Positions 1-10,570 of a stretch of 64,000 nt of DNA are shown here, in pieces. The notes under the pieces were generated by a model, which searched no databases, had not been told where the DNA came from, and saw nothing but the letters and a program-made list of their open reading frames with translations. Numbering within the stretch: the first letter of the stretch is position 1; each line of letters begins with the position of its first letter. Source of the stretch: Obrimoposthia wandeli (Eukaryota); contig CDROCS010000506.1 of NCBI GenBank assembly GCA_977020255.1, forward strand, positions 2,046,001 to 2,110,000, in the 5' to 3' direction. The position numbers and the translations under genes are program-made.

Positions 1-193
1 AGGTGATGCTGATATGGCACTTATCTACGGTATTGGCTTCCCTCCATTCCGTGGTGGTGTGTTCCGTTACCTAGATACTATGGGTCTAGATAAATACATT
101 GAATTAGCAGATTCATTTGCTGATTTAGGACCGCTTTACCAAGTAACTGATGGCTTGCGTCAACGCGCAGCTGACGGCAAAACTTTTTACTAA
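1..193 (+). CDS. fadB: Fatty acid oxidation complex alpha subunit, 3' end only (truncated by window)
   Basis: Manual translation from base 2 gives [63 protein letters not shown], the typical FadB C-terminus; it lies directly upstream of fadA. Confidence 0.93.
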   Translation, partial: GDADMALIYGIGFPPFRGGVFRYLDTMGLDKYIELADSFADLGPLYQVTDGLRQRAADGKTFY

Positions 194-1384
<1,191 letters not shown>

Positions 1385-1423
1385 TAACAACTGTACAAAA
1401 AATACGGTTATTTAATCTATATC

Positions 1424-1452
1424 AAGCCAACTATCCCATAGTTGGCTTTTTT
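1424..1452 (+). terminator. Rho-independent terminator of fadBA
   Basis: AAGCCAACTAT-CCC-ATAGTTGGCTT followed by a T run. Confidence 0.85.
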
Positions 1453-1529
1453 ATGTCTTCTTAAAATGTTCTTCTTGAAATTTCCCGCTCCAAGCTGTTC
1501 AATAGACATTACGCAATGTAAATAATGGA

Positions 1530-2249
1530 TTGAGCATGAGTACCAAAAAGCAAATTTTAGTCGTTGACGATGATGTAGAAATCAAAGAATTACTCAGTGA
1601 ATATCTCGATCAAGCAGGATTTTCAGTGCTAACCGCTGGCGAAGGCAAAGAAATGCAACGCGTACTCGCAACCAACACCCCCGATCTTATCGTCTTAGAT
1701 GTGATGATGCCTGGTGATGATGGTTTTACCTTATGCCAAAAAATCCGCCGTACTTCGCAAGTACCTATCATCATGTTAACTGCCAATTCAGATGAAGCAG
1801 ATCGCATTGTAGGACTGGAAATTGGTGCTGATGATTACATGGCGAAACCTTTTAGCCCGCGTGAATTACTGGCGCGCATTAAAGCGTTATTACGTCGTTC
1901 AAGTTATACCAAGCCAACCCAAGGTCGCTATTTTGTGTTTGCCAATTGGAAACTCGATACCTTAACACGTCAACTTATTAACTTAACCGATAACAACGCC
2001 ACCGAATTATCCGGTAGTGAATTTAATATGTTGAAGTTATTTGTGACTAACCCAAATCAAGTTTTAAGTCGTGATAACTTATCCGATGCGACTCGAGGTC
2101 GAGAGGCACTACCTCTTGAACGCGGTATCGATATTCAACTCAGTCGTCTACGCCAAAAATTAGGTGATAACAGTAAAACACCAACCCTAATCAAAACGAT
2201 TCGAGGGCGTGGTTACGTGTTGATCACTGAAGTATCTTATGACGATTAA
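1530..2249 (+). CDS. OmpR-family response regulator (GltR-like)
   Basis: Receiver motifs VVDDD, LIVLDVMMPGDDG and KPF plus a winged-helix C-terminus (IKTIRGRGY). The start may be ATG 1536. Confidence 0.9.
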   Translation: MSMSTKKQILVVDDDVEIKELLSEYLDQAGFSVLTAGEGKEMQRVLATNTPDLIVLDVMMPGDDGFTLCQKIRRTSQVPIIMLTANSDEADRIVGLEIGADDYMAKPFSPRELLARIKALLRRSSYTKPTQGRYFVFANWKLDTLTRQLINLTDNNATELSGSEFNMLKLFVTNPNQVLSRDNLSDATRGREALPLERGIDIQLSRLRQKLGDNSKTPTLIKTIRGRGYVLITEVSYDD

Positions 2250-3708
2250 AGAACACATTTACCGCCAACTACCGAGCTCACTGGTCTCTAGAATGTTATT
2301 ATTGACGCTGTTATCTATTGCAACAGCGCAGTTTATTTCAACCAGTATTTGGTACAATTTCAGTAAAGATCAAGAGCTCGACGGGTTAAAAAATACCGCC
2401 GAGAGCATGGCACAAAATATCGCATCAACGGCGACTTTTTTTAATTCACTGCCATTGCAATATCGTCATATCGTTTTAGAACAATTGCGAGACTTTGGCG
2501 GCAGTCGCTATTTTGTATCCTTAAATGAAGTTGAAATAGCCATCGACCCCGTTGAAAATAGCGAAATGAAACGAGTGGTACTCGACGAATTTCAACGAGT
2601 ACTCGGTAATAAACTCGGTAATAATATCGTCATTAAAACCGAATTTTCCCACCCAAAAACCTTGCATGTCCTTAACAACGATACCCTACTATCAGAGTTG
2701 CCACGATCTTGGGCGCATTATTCTCTCACTTTAGAACCGCTCAATCCTCCGGTATTAGTGATTCAAATGATGCTAGCACCTGATGAATGGTTATATATTG
2801 CCGCTTTATTACCCGCGCCTTATGTATCACTCAACAATAATTTAGTCAGTAATGAACAGTTGTTCTTCGTCTTTTTGATCACCGCGAATTTAATGTGGAT
2901 GATTTACGTGTTAGTCAGCTGGCAAACCAAACCATTAAAAAGACTCGCTGCGGCAGCTGCAACATTGAGCCAAGATTTAGACCAGCCACCTTTGGCAGAA
3001 ACTGGTGCATCTGAATTGGTCATCGCCACCAAAGCATTTAACCGCATGCATTTACGTATCAAACGCTATATCGACGATCGCGAACGCTTATTTCGTTCTA
3101 TCTCTCATGATTTGAAAACGCCGATCACCCGCTTACGTTTACGCGCAGAATTACTTAATGATGATACCAAGACAGCCAAATTTAATAAGGATCTTGATCA
3201 GTTAGAAATGATGGTTAAAGGCGCGCTGCAATGTGTTAAAGACACAGATATCCATGAAAATAATGCCACGATTGATATCCAAGAGTTACTCTACGAAATT
3301 ACCGAACACCATAATTGCCACGAAGAGAAAGTAACGTTTGAGTTTCCCAATATCGCCATTCAATACCCAGGTAAACCGCTTGCGATCAAGCGCTGCTTAA
3401 CCAATTTAGTAGAGAATGCCATAAAGTATGGTGACTTCTTGCACCTCATCGTCGAACAACAACAGGAACATATCGTTATTTGTCTTATCGATTCGGGCCC
3501 GGGTATTCCAGAAAATATGTTAGAAGATATATTCACGCCTTATACCCGTATTGCCCAAGATACCGAGGGTTCGGGTTTAGGATTAAGTATTGCCCGAAAT
3601 ATTGCCAGTGCCCACGGCGGTACACTCACCCTGCATAATCGAGAAAACTCAGGACTTAAAGTGATCTTACGACTCCCACACAAACCTTCATCACGAGCAT
3701 TATCATGA
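2239..3708 (+). CDS. Membrane sensor histidine kinase (GtrS-like)
   Basis: Two hydrophobic segments flanking a periplasmic domain, a HAMP region, H-box SISHDLKTPITRLRL and HATPase boxes NLVENAIKYG, DSGPGIP, GSGLGL; overlaps the regulator. Confidence 0.9.
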   Translation: MTIKEHIYRQLPSSLVSRMLLLTLLSIATAQFISTSIWYNFSKDQELDGLKNTAESMAQNIASTATFFNSLPLQYRHIVLEQLRDFGGSRYFVSLNEVEIAIDPVENSEMKRVVLDEFQRVLGNKLGNNIVIKTEFSHPKTLHVLNNDTLLSELPRSWAHYSLTLEPLNPPVLVIQMMLAPDEWLYIAALLPAPYVSLNNNLVSNEQLFFVFLITANLMWMIYVLVSWQTKPLKRLAAAAATLSQDLDQPPLAETGASELVIATKAFNRMHLRIKRYIDDRERLFRSISHDLKTPITRLRLRAELLNDDTKTAKFNKDLDQLEMMVKGALQCVKDTDIHENNATIDIQELLYEITEHHNCHEEKVTFEFPNIAIQYPGKPLAIKRCLTNLVENAIKYGDFLHLIVEQQQEHIVICLIDSGPGIPENMLEDIFTPYTRIAQDTEGSGLGLSIARNIASAHGGTLTLHNRENSGLKVILRLPHKPSSRALS

Positions 3709-5003
3709 TCACTCTTAGCCATAGAAATAAAAACAGCAATAGGAATAGTCATAACCTAATTCCACGACTGTTTATATTATTAAGCATGCTATGTACATAT
3801 TCCGCCACAGCAAGCCAAGTCGAGGTATTACATTGGTGGACATCGGGCGGCGAACTCGATGCGCTCAGTGAATTACAAGATAAAGTAAAGCAAACCGATA
3901 ATACCTGGCTCGATTTTGCCATTAAAGGTGGCGGTGGTAATAGCGCATTAACAGTATTACGCTCTCGCGCCGTATCTGGCAATCCACCGACAGCAGCCTT
4001 AATAAAAGGTCACAATATTCAAGAGTGGGCCAAATTAGGTTTCCTTACCTCGCTGGATGATATTGCCAAGCGTGAACAATGGGACAGTAAACTGCCTGAG
4101 TTCATTCAACCTGTGATGAAATACAAAGGTCACTATGTTGCGGTGCCGATTAATATACATCGCATTAATTGGTTATGGCTGAACCAAGCAGTATTCGAGC
4201 AAGCCAAAATTGCGATTCCGACCGATTTAAATGAACTGATCACTGCACTACCACTATTGGAAGCCGCTGGATATTTACCAATAGCTCACACATCAGAGCC
4301 ATGGGCTGATGCGATCTTATTTGAGTCCATTAGTTTATCCATACTGGGGGCAGAGCAATACAAGCAAGCTTTTGTCGAACTCAATCCGCAAGTACTCACT
4401 TCACCAGCGATGATCAACGCCTTTGCTCAATTACGAAAAATATCGTTATATATTGATAAAAATGCCAAAAATCGTACTTGGGAACAATCAACCAAACTGC
4501 TTATTGACGACAAAGCTGCTATACAAATCATGGGAGATTGGGTTGCTGGTAAATTACTGCAAGAAAAGCAGCAGTTAAATACCAAGATCCGCTGTATCGA
4601 ATTTCCAGGTAGTGAAGGTATATTTAGCTACAACGTCGATAGTTTTGCTTTTTTCAAATTAAAAAGTGTCTCTCCAGACGTTAAAAAAGCGCAGAATACC
4701 TTAGCAAGTATCATCTTAACCCCCGAGTTACAGCGTGATTTCAATGCCAAGAAAGGGTCATTACCGATAATCAACACGATGGATAATAACAACTTAAATA
4801 CCTGCAGCAAGCAAGCGTATGACGACTATCAACAAGCCACAAAAAACCATACGTTAGTGCCGACATTCTCACAAGCAATGGCAACCACAACCTATGTGCA
4901 ATCAGCAATCACCCAGGTTATTAGTAATTTCATTTATGACAAAAGCATCAGCAATGAAGCCGCCGTTGTCCAATTAACTAACGCGATAAAAGCAGCACAA
5001 TAG
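3705..5003 (+). CDS. Periplasmic sugar-binding protein (GtsA-like, SBP family 1)
   Basis: Signal-peptide-like N-terminus (LFILLSMLC..ATA), then VEVLHWWTSGGE, IHRINWLW and QIMGDW motifs typical of glucose-type ABC binding proteins; ATGA overlap with the kinase. Confidence 0.82.
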   Translation: MITLSHRNKNSNRNSHNLIPRLFILLSMLCTYSATASQVEVLHWWTSGGELDALSELQDKVKQTDNTWLDFAIKGGGGNSALTVLRSRAVSGNPPTAALIKGHNIQEWAKLGFLTSLDDIAKREQWDSKLPEFIQPVMKYKGHYVAVPINIHRINWLWLNQAVFEQAKIAIPTDLNELITALPLLEAAGYLPIAHTSEPWADAILFESISLSILGAEQYKQAFVELNPQVLTSPAMINAFAQLRKISLYIDKNAKNRTWEQSTKLLIDDKAAIQIMGDWVAGKLLQEKQQLNTKIRCIEFPGSEGIFSYNVDSFAFFKLKSVSPDVKKAQNTLASIILTPELQRDFNAKKGSLPIINTMDNNNLNTCSKQAYDDYQQATKNHTLVPTFSQAMATTTYVQSAITQVISNFIYDKSISNEAAVVQLTNAIKAAQ

Positions 5004-5043
5004 CCATGATGATTTACCTCACCTTATTTGGAGCGCCTTACAC

Positions 5044-7206
5044 ATGCTGATATTATGGCAAAAGCTGACTTATTTGACGGCCAACAGTAATTTCTTTATT
5101 GCCTTAAAAGCATTTCTAGCTTCAATTACACTACTGATCCCAGGTTACTTTCTGGGTTTTTCTGAACTTGCGGTGACCGCGGTACTGGGTATTGTAGCGG
5201 CGGTTATTTCTGAGGGTGACGATAGTATTAAACAACGTATTATCAATAGCTTGTTAGCGCTTGTTTGTTTTACTTTATCCTCGTTATTAGTCAGTTTATT
5301 ATTCCCCTACCCACTGCTATTTTTACTGGGCACCTGCCTGTTTAGCTTTGCGATCATTATTTTAGGTTCGTTAGGTAAGCGCTATGTCACCATCAGTTTT
5401 GCGACATTGATGATTGCCGTATATACCATGCTCAGCTTAAGCCATGATGCTGAATCGGCAACGGCACTTAGCAGCCATGATTTTAACCCCAACTCATTGT
5501 TACTTATTGCGGGTGCTGCATGGTACTTCATCATCTCGACAGTGCTGCTTAAGGTCACTTTATATAATCCGATCCGTGAACGATTAGCCGATATTTATTT
5601 TTCTTTAGGCTTATATCAACAAGAAAAATCGAAGTTTTTTTCTCAAGCTAACGATGATCATAAAACCATTCGCCATACCTTATCGACCTTGAATATTAAT
5701 ATCGTCAATGCGATGTCCGAGTGTCGAACCAATATCGATTACCATGTCGGTGAAAAAGATATTTCTCATGAACTCCAGCACTTGATCCATCTTTATCAAG
5801 AAGCCCAAGAACTGCATGAGAAAATGACCTCGAGCCATTTTCATTATGGGTCGTTAAAACGTAATTTAAATAATGATTTAATTATTGCTGGTTTCGAACA
5901 AGTACTAAAACAACTTGCCAGCGCCTGTACTCAACGTGGTCACGCAACGTTATACAAGCAAGCTTATCAACATGATCATGGCTTAACTTGGTCATTAGCC
6001 ATTTTAAAACAAGAATTACTGACATTAGAAACATCGTTGGAATGGCAACTATTTGGCCCTTTAAAACTGTTATTTCGGAATTTACGTAAAGCCGATGAAT
6101 TATTAATTAACAGCGAACCGCAAAACGATCAAGCGTTCTTAGTCATGGCACCACGCGAACGACTGCCGGTAATACAGCGCCTCAGTAATGCCTTACACTT
6201 ATCGAGTCCAGTATTTCGTCACGCGATCCGTTTAACCTTAGGTATAGCCTTAGGCATTGGTATTATTTTAGCGTCTGATTTGCATGGTTACTGGGTGGTA
6301 TTAACGACATTATTTGTATTACAGCCGAGTTACAGCGCCACGCGAGTAAAACTAAAACAACGTATAAGTGGCACACTGATGGGCATTATTATAGGGGCAA
6401 CCTTGCTGTACCTGTTCCCAACAGAACGCAGCCAATTATTTTTATTAGCGATATCGGCATTTCTGTTCTTTTACTATTTACGTCAAAATTACAGTAGAGC
6501 AGTGACCTATATTACCTTACTGGTATTATTGGCATTTAATGTACTCTACCAACAAGGTTACGTCGTTACGATACCGCGGATCATAGATACCTTAACCGGT
6601 TGTAGTATTGCGTTCTTACTCGCTAAGTTAGTACTTCCTAACTGGCAGTATAAGCAATTTCCTAAATACTTAGTCGAAGCAATTACCGCTAACCAAAACT
6701 ATTTCCACGAGATCATTAAGCAATACGAGTCAGGTAAAAATAATGATTTACCCTACCGAGTCTCTCGTCGTCAAGCCTATGTTGCCGACAGTCACTTGAT
6801 CGCGTCGTGGAAAGACATGCAAGTTGAACCCAACGATAAACGCCATAAACTAAATCACGTTTACGATATTTCACGTCGTAACCATGCCATGTTATCGGCA
6901 TTGTCCGCGTTAGGTGTGCACAGAAATAAAATTATTGATCCGCAATTACAACGAGATTTAGCCTTGGTAGCACAACTCATTATCAGCGCGCTAGAACAAA
7001 CACAAAATACAATTTTGTCGCCAGTTAACGTCGATAAGGCTTATATTAGTGAGATCGAAGCATTACTGAAACGCTATGAAAATGATGGTCATAAACATAC
7101 ATTATTATTAATTCAGAAGCTGAAGCAAATAGTAGAGATAACAGAAGAATTACAAGTGATGGCAGATGATATGAATCTAGTCGTATATCCCCTTGCCCGT
7201 GCTTAA
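5044..7206 (+). CDS. yccS: YccS/YhfK-family (FUSC-like) putative transporter
   Basis: 720 aa with two hydrophobic blocks and motifs FATLMIAVYTML, FRHAIRL, GYWVVLTTLFVLQPSYSATR and RIIDTLTG. Confidence 0.8.
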   Translation: MLILWQKLTYLTANSNFFIALKAFLASITLLIPGYFLGFSELAVTAVLGIVAAVISEGDDSIKQRIINSLLALVCFTLSSLLVSLLFPYPLLFLLGTCLFSFAIIILGSLGKRYVTISFATLMIAVYTMLSLSHDAESATALSSHDFNPNSLLLIAGAAWYFIISTVLLKVTLYNPIRERLADIYFSLGLYQQEKSKFFSQANDDHKTIRHTLSTLNINIVNAMSECRTNIDYHVGEKDISHELQHLIHLYQEAQELHEKMTSSHFHYGSLKRNLNNDLIIAGFEQVLKQLASACTQRGHATLYKQAYQHDHGLTWSLAILKQELLTLETSLEWQLFGPLKLLFRNLRKADELLINSEPQNDQAFLVMAPRERLPVIQRLSNALHLSSPVFRHAIRLTLGIALGIGIILASDLHGYWVVLTTLFVLQPSYSATRVKLKQRISGTLMGIIIGATLLYLFPTERSQLFLLAISAFLFFYYLRQNYSRAVTYITLLVLLAFNVLYQQGYVVTIPRIIDTLTGCSIAFLLAKLVLPNWQYKQFPKYLVEAITANQNYFHEIIKQYESGKNNDLPYRVSRRQAYVADSHLIASWKDMQVEPNDKRHKLNHVYDISRRNHAMLSALSALGVHRNKIIDPQLQRDLALVAQLIISALEQTQNTILSPVNVDKAYISEIEALLKRYENDGHKHTLLLIQKLKQIVEITEELQVMADDMNLVVYPLARA

Positions 7207-7224
7207 TGCATAAGGGGATAAACC

Positions 7225-7262
7225 AACTCACGATTATAGCGGTTCAGCGATAATCGTGAGTT
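7225..7262. terminator. Hairpin between convergent yccS and fabY, probable bidirectional terminator
   Basis: Perfect 13-bp inverted repeat AACTCACGATTAT...ATAATCGTGAGTT. Confidence 0.65.
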
Positions 7263-7270
7263 TAATCGTA

Positions 7271-9121
7271 CTAGCTATAATCTTGATATGGATTACTTTG
7301 TGCTAACTTGATGGCGTTTGCAAAACCTTGTAAACGCACTTCTTCTGTACTGATGTTAACGCCAGTTTCATCAATCACCGCATTACCAAATGCATAACGG
7401 ATTTTTTCATCGCCAGCGCAAGCATTGCGATCAGCTGTTGCTGCCGCTTGTTGGATTTGGTTGTTCTTTTCTTGGTAAGCATTCACTACTGACGCACCGT
7501 ACTTAGCTTCAAGCATCATCAAGGTTTGTTGAGGTGATAATACCAAACCAGTCGCGTTATTCCCGCCAAACCCTTTCGCATTCAACAATACCGCTTTCAT
7601 CTCTTGGCCTTTATCGCCAACAAACTGGTGGTCAGTTAAAATATTAAGGTGAGCTTGATGAACATCATCAGCAATATGATCGATGGTTTTAATACCCGGG
7701 ATCCAACCATGCTGCCATACACCAAGCGATGCCACTAATTGATCGCCAGCTGCAGCGCCCATTGAATGACCAACATATGATTTAATTGCCGTAACAGGCC
7801 AATTGGTAATATTAAAGCTAGCCGCAACTTCACTCAAAATATGACTTTCAGTAACGCGGTTTTGTGGTGTGCCCGTGCCGTGCGCTTGAACAAAAGTATG
7901 CTGTAAACCACCTTCGCCTAAAATCGCTTTCGCTAATGCAGTCGCTTTTGCCACTGTCACGTAGTTACCGATACCCGGAGCTGAAATTGATTTTTTATTG
8001 GCGTCGGCATTAATGAATACATCGGCAACAGAACCGTAAATGGTCACGCCTAACTCTAAGGCCAATTCATCATCCATCAGCACCACGAACTGTGCTGATT
8101 CCGCCATAGTAAAGCCAGCGTTAGATGAAAATGGACGGCAAGCACGGCGATTATCCACACTGTCACTGCTATCCAATGCTTTAAGTTGATCATCTTCAGC
8201 CAATGCGCCCATCACGCGGAAACCTTCCATAACGCCAGTTTCAACAGGTGCTTCAGCGTTACCTACAATTGCAACTTTTGACTTGCCAGATTGGATATCT
8301 AACATACCCTGACGCAAGTTATACAGGAAGCTAGCACAAGCGCCCATATTCGTTCCCGTCGTACCTGCACTGTTGATCACGTAGCTATTAATAAAGTCAG
8401 CAGGCATTTCGGCTAACGCCATCGCCATCATTTTGGTACTAACACGACCACCTTTGAAATAAGCAGATAGCATACCGCCAAATGAATTTTCATCCACTTG
8501 ACCAAGCGCACTACCTGCATAAACAGAGACTTCATCTGGATTAATTAATTTAAGGATTGAATCCCAATCAACACCCAATGAGTTAAGCGCATCTGACGCG
8601 CCGTATACCGTTAGCTTTAAACCACGTGGGTGTGAGCGAGAATTATATAATTTATCTAAATCAAAACCGGTGGGGATATTACCTGCACTTGATACCGGAT
8701 AATCGATGGCATCATTAATTAACACATCAAAGTCACCTTCAACGGTTACCGTCACGGTTTTATTATCAATATCAGTAAGTGACCAATTGACCGGGATTGT
8801 GTGTGGCAATTTCGATTTTTTTAATTGAAATGTAATTGGCTCAGCACCTGCAGTTAACTTGGCTTTACGCTGAAAAGGCACTGCTTTTGGATCAAACGTG
8901 GTGGCGCGACGTACCAAGGTACCCGCTTTAATTTGCGCAATAATATCAGCATTGATATCGTTCGCATCAAGTCCCATACGCTGTGCTAGATCTTGCCACG
9001 TACTAGCCATAACATCATCCTGCAGTACATCGCACACTAAACGTTTATAACTGTGGAAACCAGAACTACGTCCAGCTGCATTAATACCACCCAAACCAAC
9101 AATTAACGGTAACTTTGCCAT
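7271..9121 (-). CDS. fabY: FabY-type beta-ketoacyl synthase (KAS I/II fold, initiation enzyme)
   Basis: N-terminus LPLIVGLGGINAAGRSS, LYNSRSHPRGL and FINADANKKSISAPG match Pseudomonas FabY from recall; Cys-His-His triad in MGACAS, QAHGTGT and YVGHS. Start placed at ATG 9121. Confidence 0.85.
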   Translation of the reverse strand: MAKLPLIVGLGGINAAGRSSGFHSYKRLVCDVLQDDVMASTWQDLAQRMGLDANDINADIIAQIKAGTLVRRATTFDPKAVPFQRKAKLTAGAEPITFQLKKSKLPHTIPVNWSLTDIDNKTVTVTVEGDFDVLINDAIDYPVSSAGNIPTGFDLDKLYNSRSHPRGLKLTVYGASDALNSLGVDWDSILKLINPDEVSVYAGSALGQVDENSFGGMLSAYFKGGRVSTKMMAMALAEMPADFINSYVINSAGTTGTNMGACASFLYNLRQGMLDIQSGKSKVAIVGNAEAPVETGVMEGFRVMGALAEDDQLKALDSSDSVDNRRACRPFSSNAGFTMAESAQFVVLMDDELALELGVTIYGSVADVFINADANKKSISAPGIGNYVTVAKATALAKAILGEGGLQHTFVQAHGTGTPQNRVTESHILSEVAASFNITNWPVTAIKSYVGHSMGAAAGDQLVASLGVWQHGWIPGIKTIDHIADDVHQAHLNILTDHQFVGDKGQEMKAVLLNAKGFGGNNATGLVLSPQQTLMMLEAKYGASVVNAYQEKNNQIQQAAATADRNACAGDEKIRYAFGNAVIDETGVNISTEEVRLQGFANAIKLAQSNPYQDYS

Positions 9122-9194
9122 TTTATTACATCTCATTCGAATCTAAGCTATTGCTAGCTAGTCTAGCAAGTTATACTAACAATACACTTTCAAC

Positions 9195-9222
9195 TGTGCC
9201 ATTTACCCTGACATTTGTGCCA
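9195..9222. promoter_or_regulatory. Tandem direct repeats TGTGCCA with 21-bp period, candidate AraC/GlxA operator
   Basis: TGTGCCA at 9195-9201 and 9216-9222 in the fabY/regulator divergent intergenic region. Confidence 0.45.
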
Positions 9223-9299
9223 CTGCAGTTTTTTAGTCTATAAAAGTAAGGCACTGAACCATAAATAAATAGATAGTCTAAATTTAGATTGTTATCGCA

Positions 9300-10289
9300 T
9301 TGGAGTTTGCTGTGAAAATTGGATTTGTACTTTACGATAAAGCGTTAGTCACCGGCATATCTTTAGCCGCAGAAATGCTTTCTGGTGCATCACGATTACG
9401 TGACCGAAAAGCCCAGCATCAAGATCCGCTGGAAATAAAATTAATTTCGACCAGCTTAGCAGCTAAATCACTCACAGCAGGGTTACGCTTACAACCTGAT
9501 TTAACCTTTGAATGTGAACACGAATTTGATCTAGTCATTCTCCCACCTATGTGGGGAAACCCTTTAGTATCAATAATTAAGTATCCTCAAGTAATTCCTT
9601 GGTTACATAAACAATATAACCAAGGTGCAAAAATACTCTCAACAGGCACAGGTGTTTGCTGGTTAGCTGAAGCCGGTTTACTCGACGGCTTACCCGCCAC
9701 CACACATTGGTATTTTTACGATCAATTTAGTCAACACTACCCACAAGTCAAATTGAATCGTCAGGCTTCAATTACCGCCGCCAACGGTTTATATTGTGCC
9801 GGTAGTATTAACTCACAATCAGAAATGATGTTATTTTTAATCAATGAGATGTTTGGCAAGAAGATCGCTAGCGTAATTGAAAACCATTTCTCTCATGAAA
9901 TATCCCGCACCGAGCAACAACCTTTCTATCAAATCGGTGGGCAAGTGCAATTTGATGAATCCATTGCCCTCGCACAAGATTGGATGCAACGTAATATGGC
10001 TAAAGTGATCACCAATCAAATGATTGCCGATGTTTGCCAATTGCCGTTACGTACTTTCAACCGTCGCTTCAAAGAGCAAGTCGGACAAACGCCCAATCAG
10101 TTTTTGTTAACGCTGAGATTAGAAACCGCACAAGTATTATTACGCGATTTTGGCCTCACCATGTGTGATGTTTCCGAACAGGTTGGTTTTCGCGATGCAT
10201 ATTATTTCAAAAAAAAATTCGAGCAACACTTTGATATGGCTCCAAAACAATATCGAGACATGGTAAAGGCCAAAGTTTTCGCCTCATAG
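9300..10289 (+). CDS. GlxA-family transcriptional regulator (DJ-1/PfpI-like domain plus AraC HTH)
   Basis: LAEAGLLDGLPATTHW and GLYCAGS in the N-terminal domain; RTFNRRFK and VGFRDAYYFKKKF AraC signature. The start may be GTG 9312. Confidence 0.88.
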   Translation: MEFAVKIGFVLYDKALVTGISLAAEMLSGASRLRDRKAQHQDPLEIKLISTSLAAKSLTAGLRLQPDLTFECEHEFDLVILPPMWGNPLVSIIKYPQVIPWLHKQYNQGAKILSTGTGVCWLAEAGLLDGLPATTHWYFYDQFSQHYPQVKLNRQASITAANGLYCAGSINSQSEMMLFLINEMFGKKIASVIENHFSHEISRTEQQPFYQIGGQVQFDESIALAQDWMQRNMAKVITNQMIADVCQLPLRTFNRRFKEQVGQTPNQFLLTLRLETAQVLLRDFGLTMCDVSEQVGFRDAYYFKKKFEQHFDMAPKQYRDMVKAKVFAS

Positions 10290-10294
10290 TGGCT

Positions 10295-10309
10295 TGATAA
10301 TCATTCTCA
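10295..10309 (+). promoter_or_regulatory. Fur box overlapping a putative bfd promoter
   Basis: TGATAATCATTCTCA differs at one position from the 7-1-7 consensus TGATAATnATTATCA; it overlaps TTGATA(10294)-17 bp-TAACAT(10317). Confidence 0.75.
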
Positions 10310-10352
10310 TTCATATTAACATCGACATAAATTCAGTTCGGAATAACAATTT

Positions 10353-10547
10353 ATGTACGTATGTATTTGTCACGGTATTACCGATAAGCAGTTAATAAAA
10401 AGTATCGATGAAGGTGCTACAACCATGAAAACATTAAGCACTGAACTGGGTATTGGTAGCCAGTGTGGAAAATGCTGTCAATGTGCAAAAAAAATCTTAA
10501 ATCAGACCTTAATTAAACAAGCACAGCAACAGCCACTAGTCGCTTAA
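10353..10547 (+). CDS. bfd: Bacterioferritin-associated ferredoxin
   Basis: MYVCICHGITD...GSQCGKC four-Cys [2Fe-2S] pattern, 64 aa. Confidence 0.93.
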   Translation: MYVCICHGITDKQLIKSIDEGATTMKTLSTELGIGSQCGKCCQCAKKILNQTLIKQAQQQPLVA

Positions 10548-10570
10548 TGGTTGTAGATAACACGTTAGCC

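Noticed and set aside
1456-1519. TCTTCTTRAAAT repeats (14-bp period) and ACATT-N4-AATGT upstream of the response regulator
   Set aside because: The period does not fit OmpR-type 10-11 bp repeats and the motifs are short and low-complexity.
9195-9222. TGGCAC on the minus strand as a sigma54 -24 element
   Set aside because: Neither copy has TTGC at the required -12 spacing.
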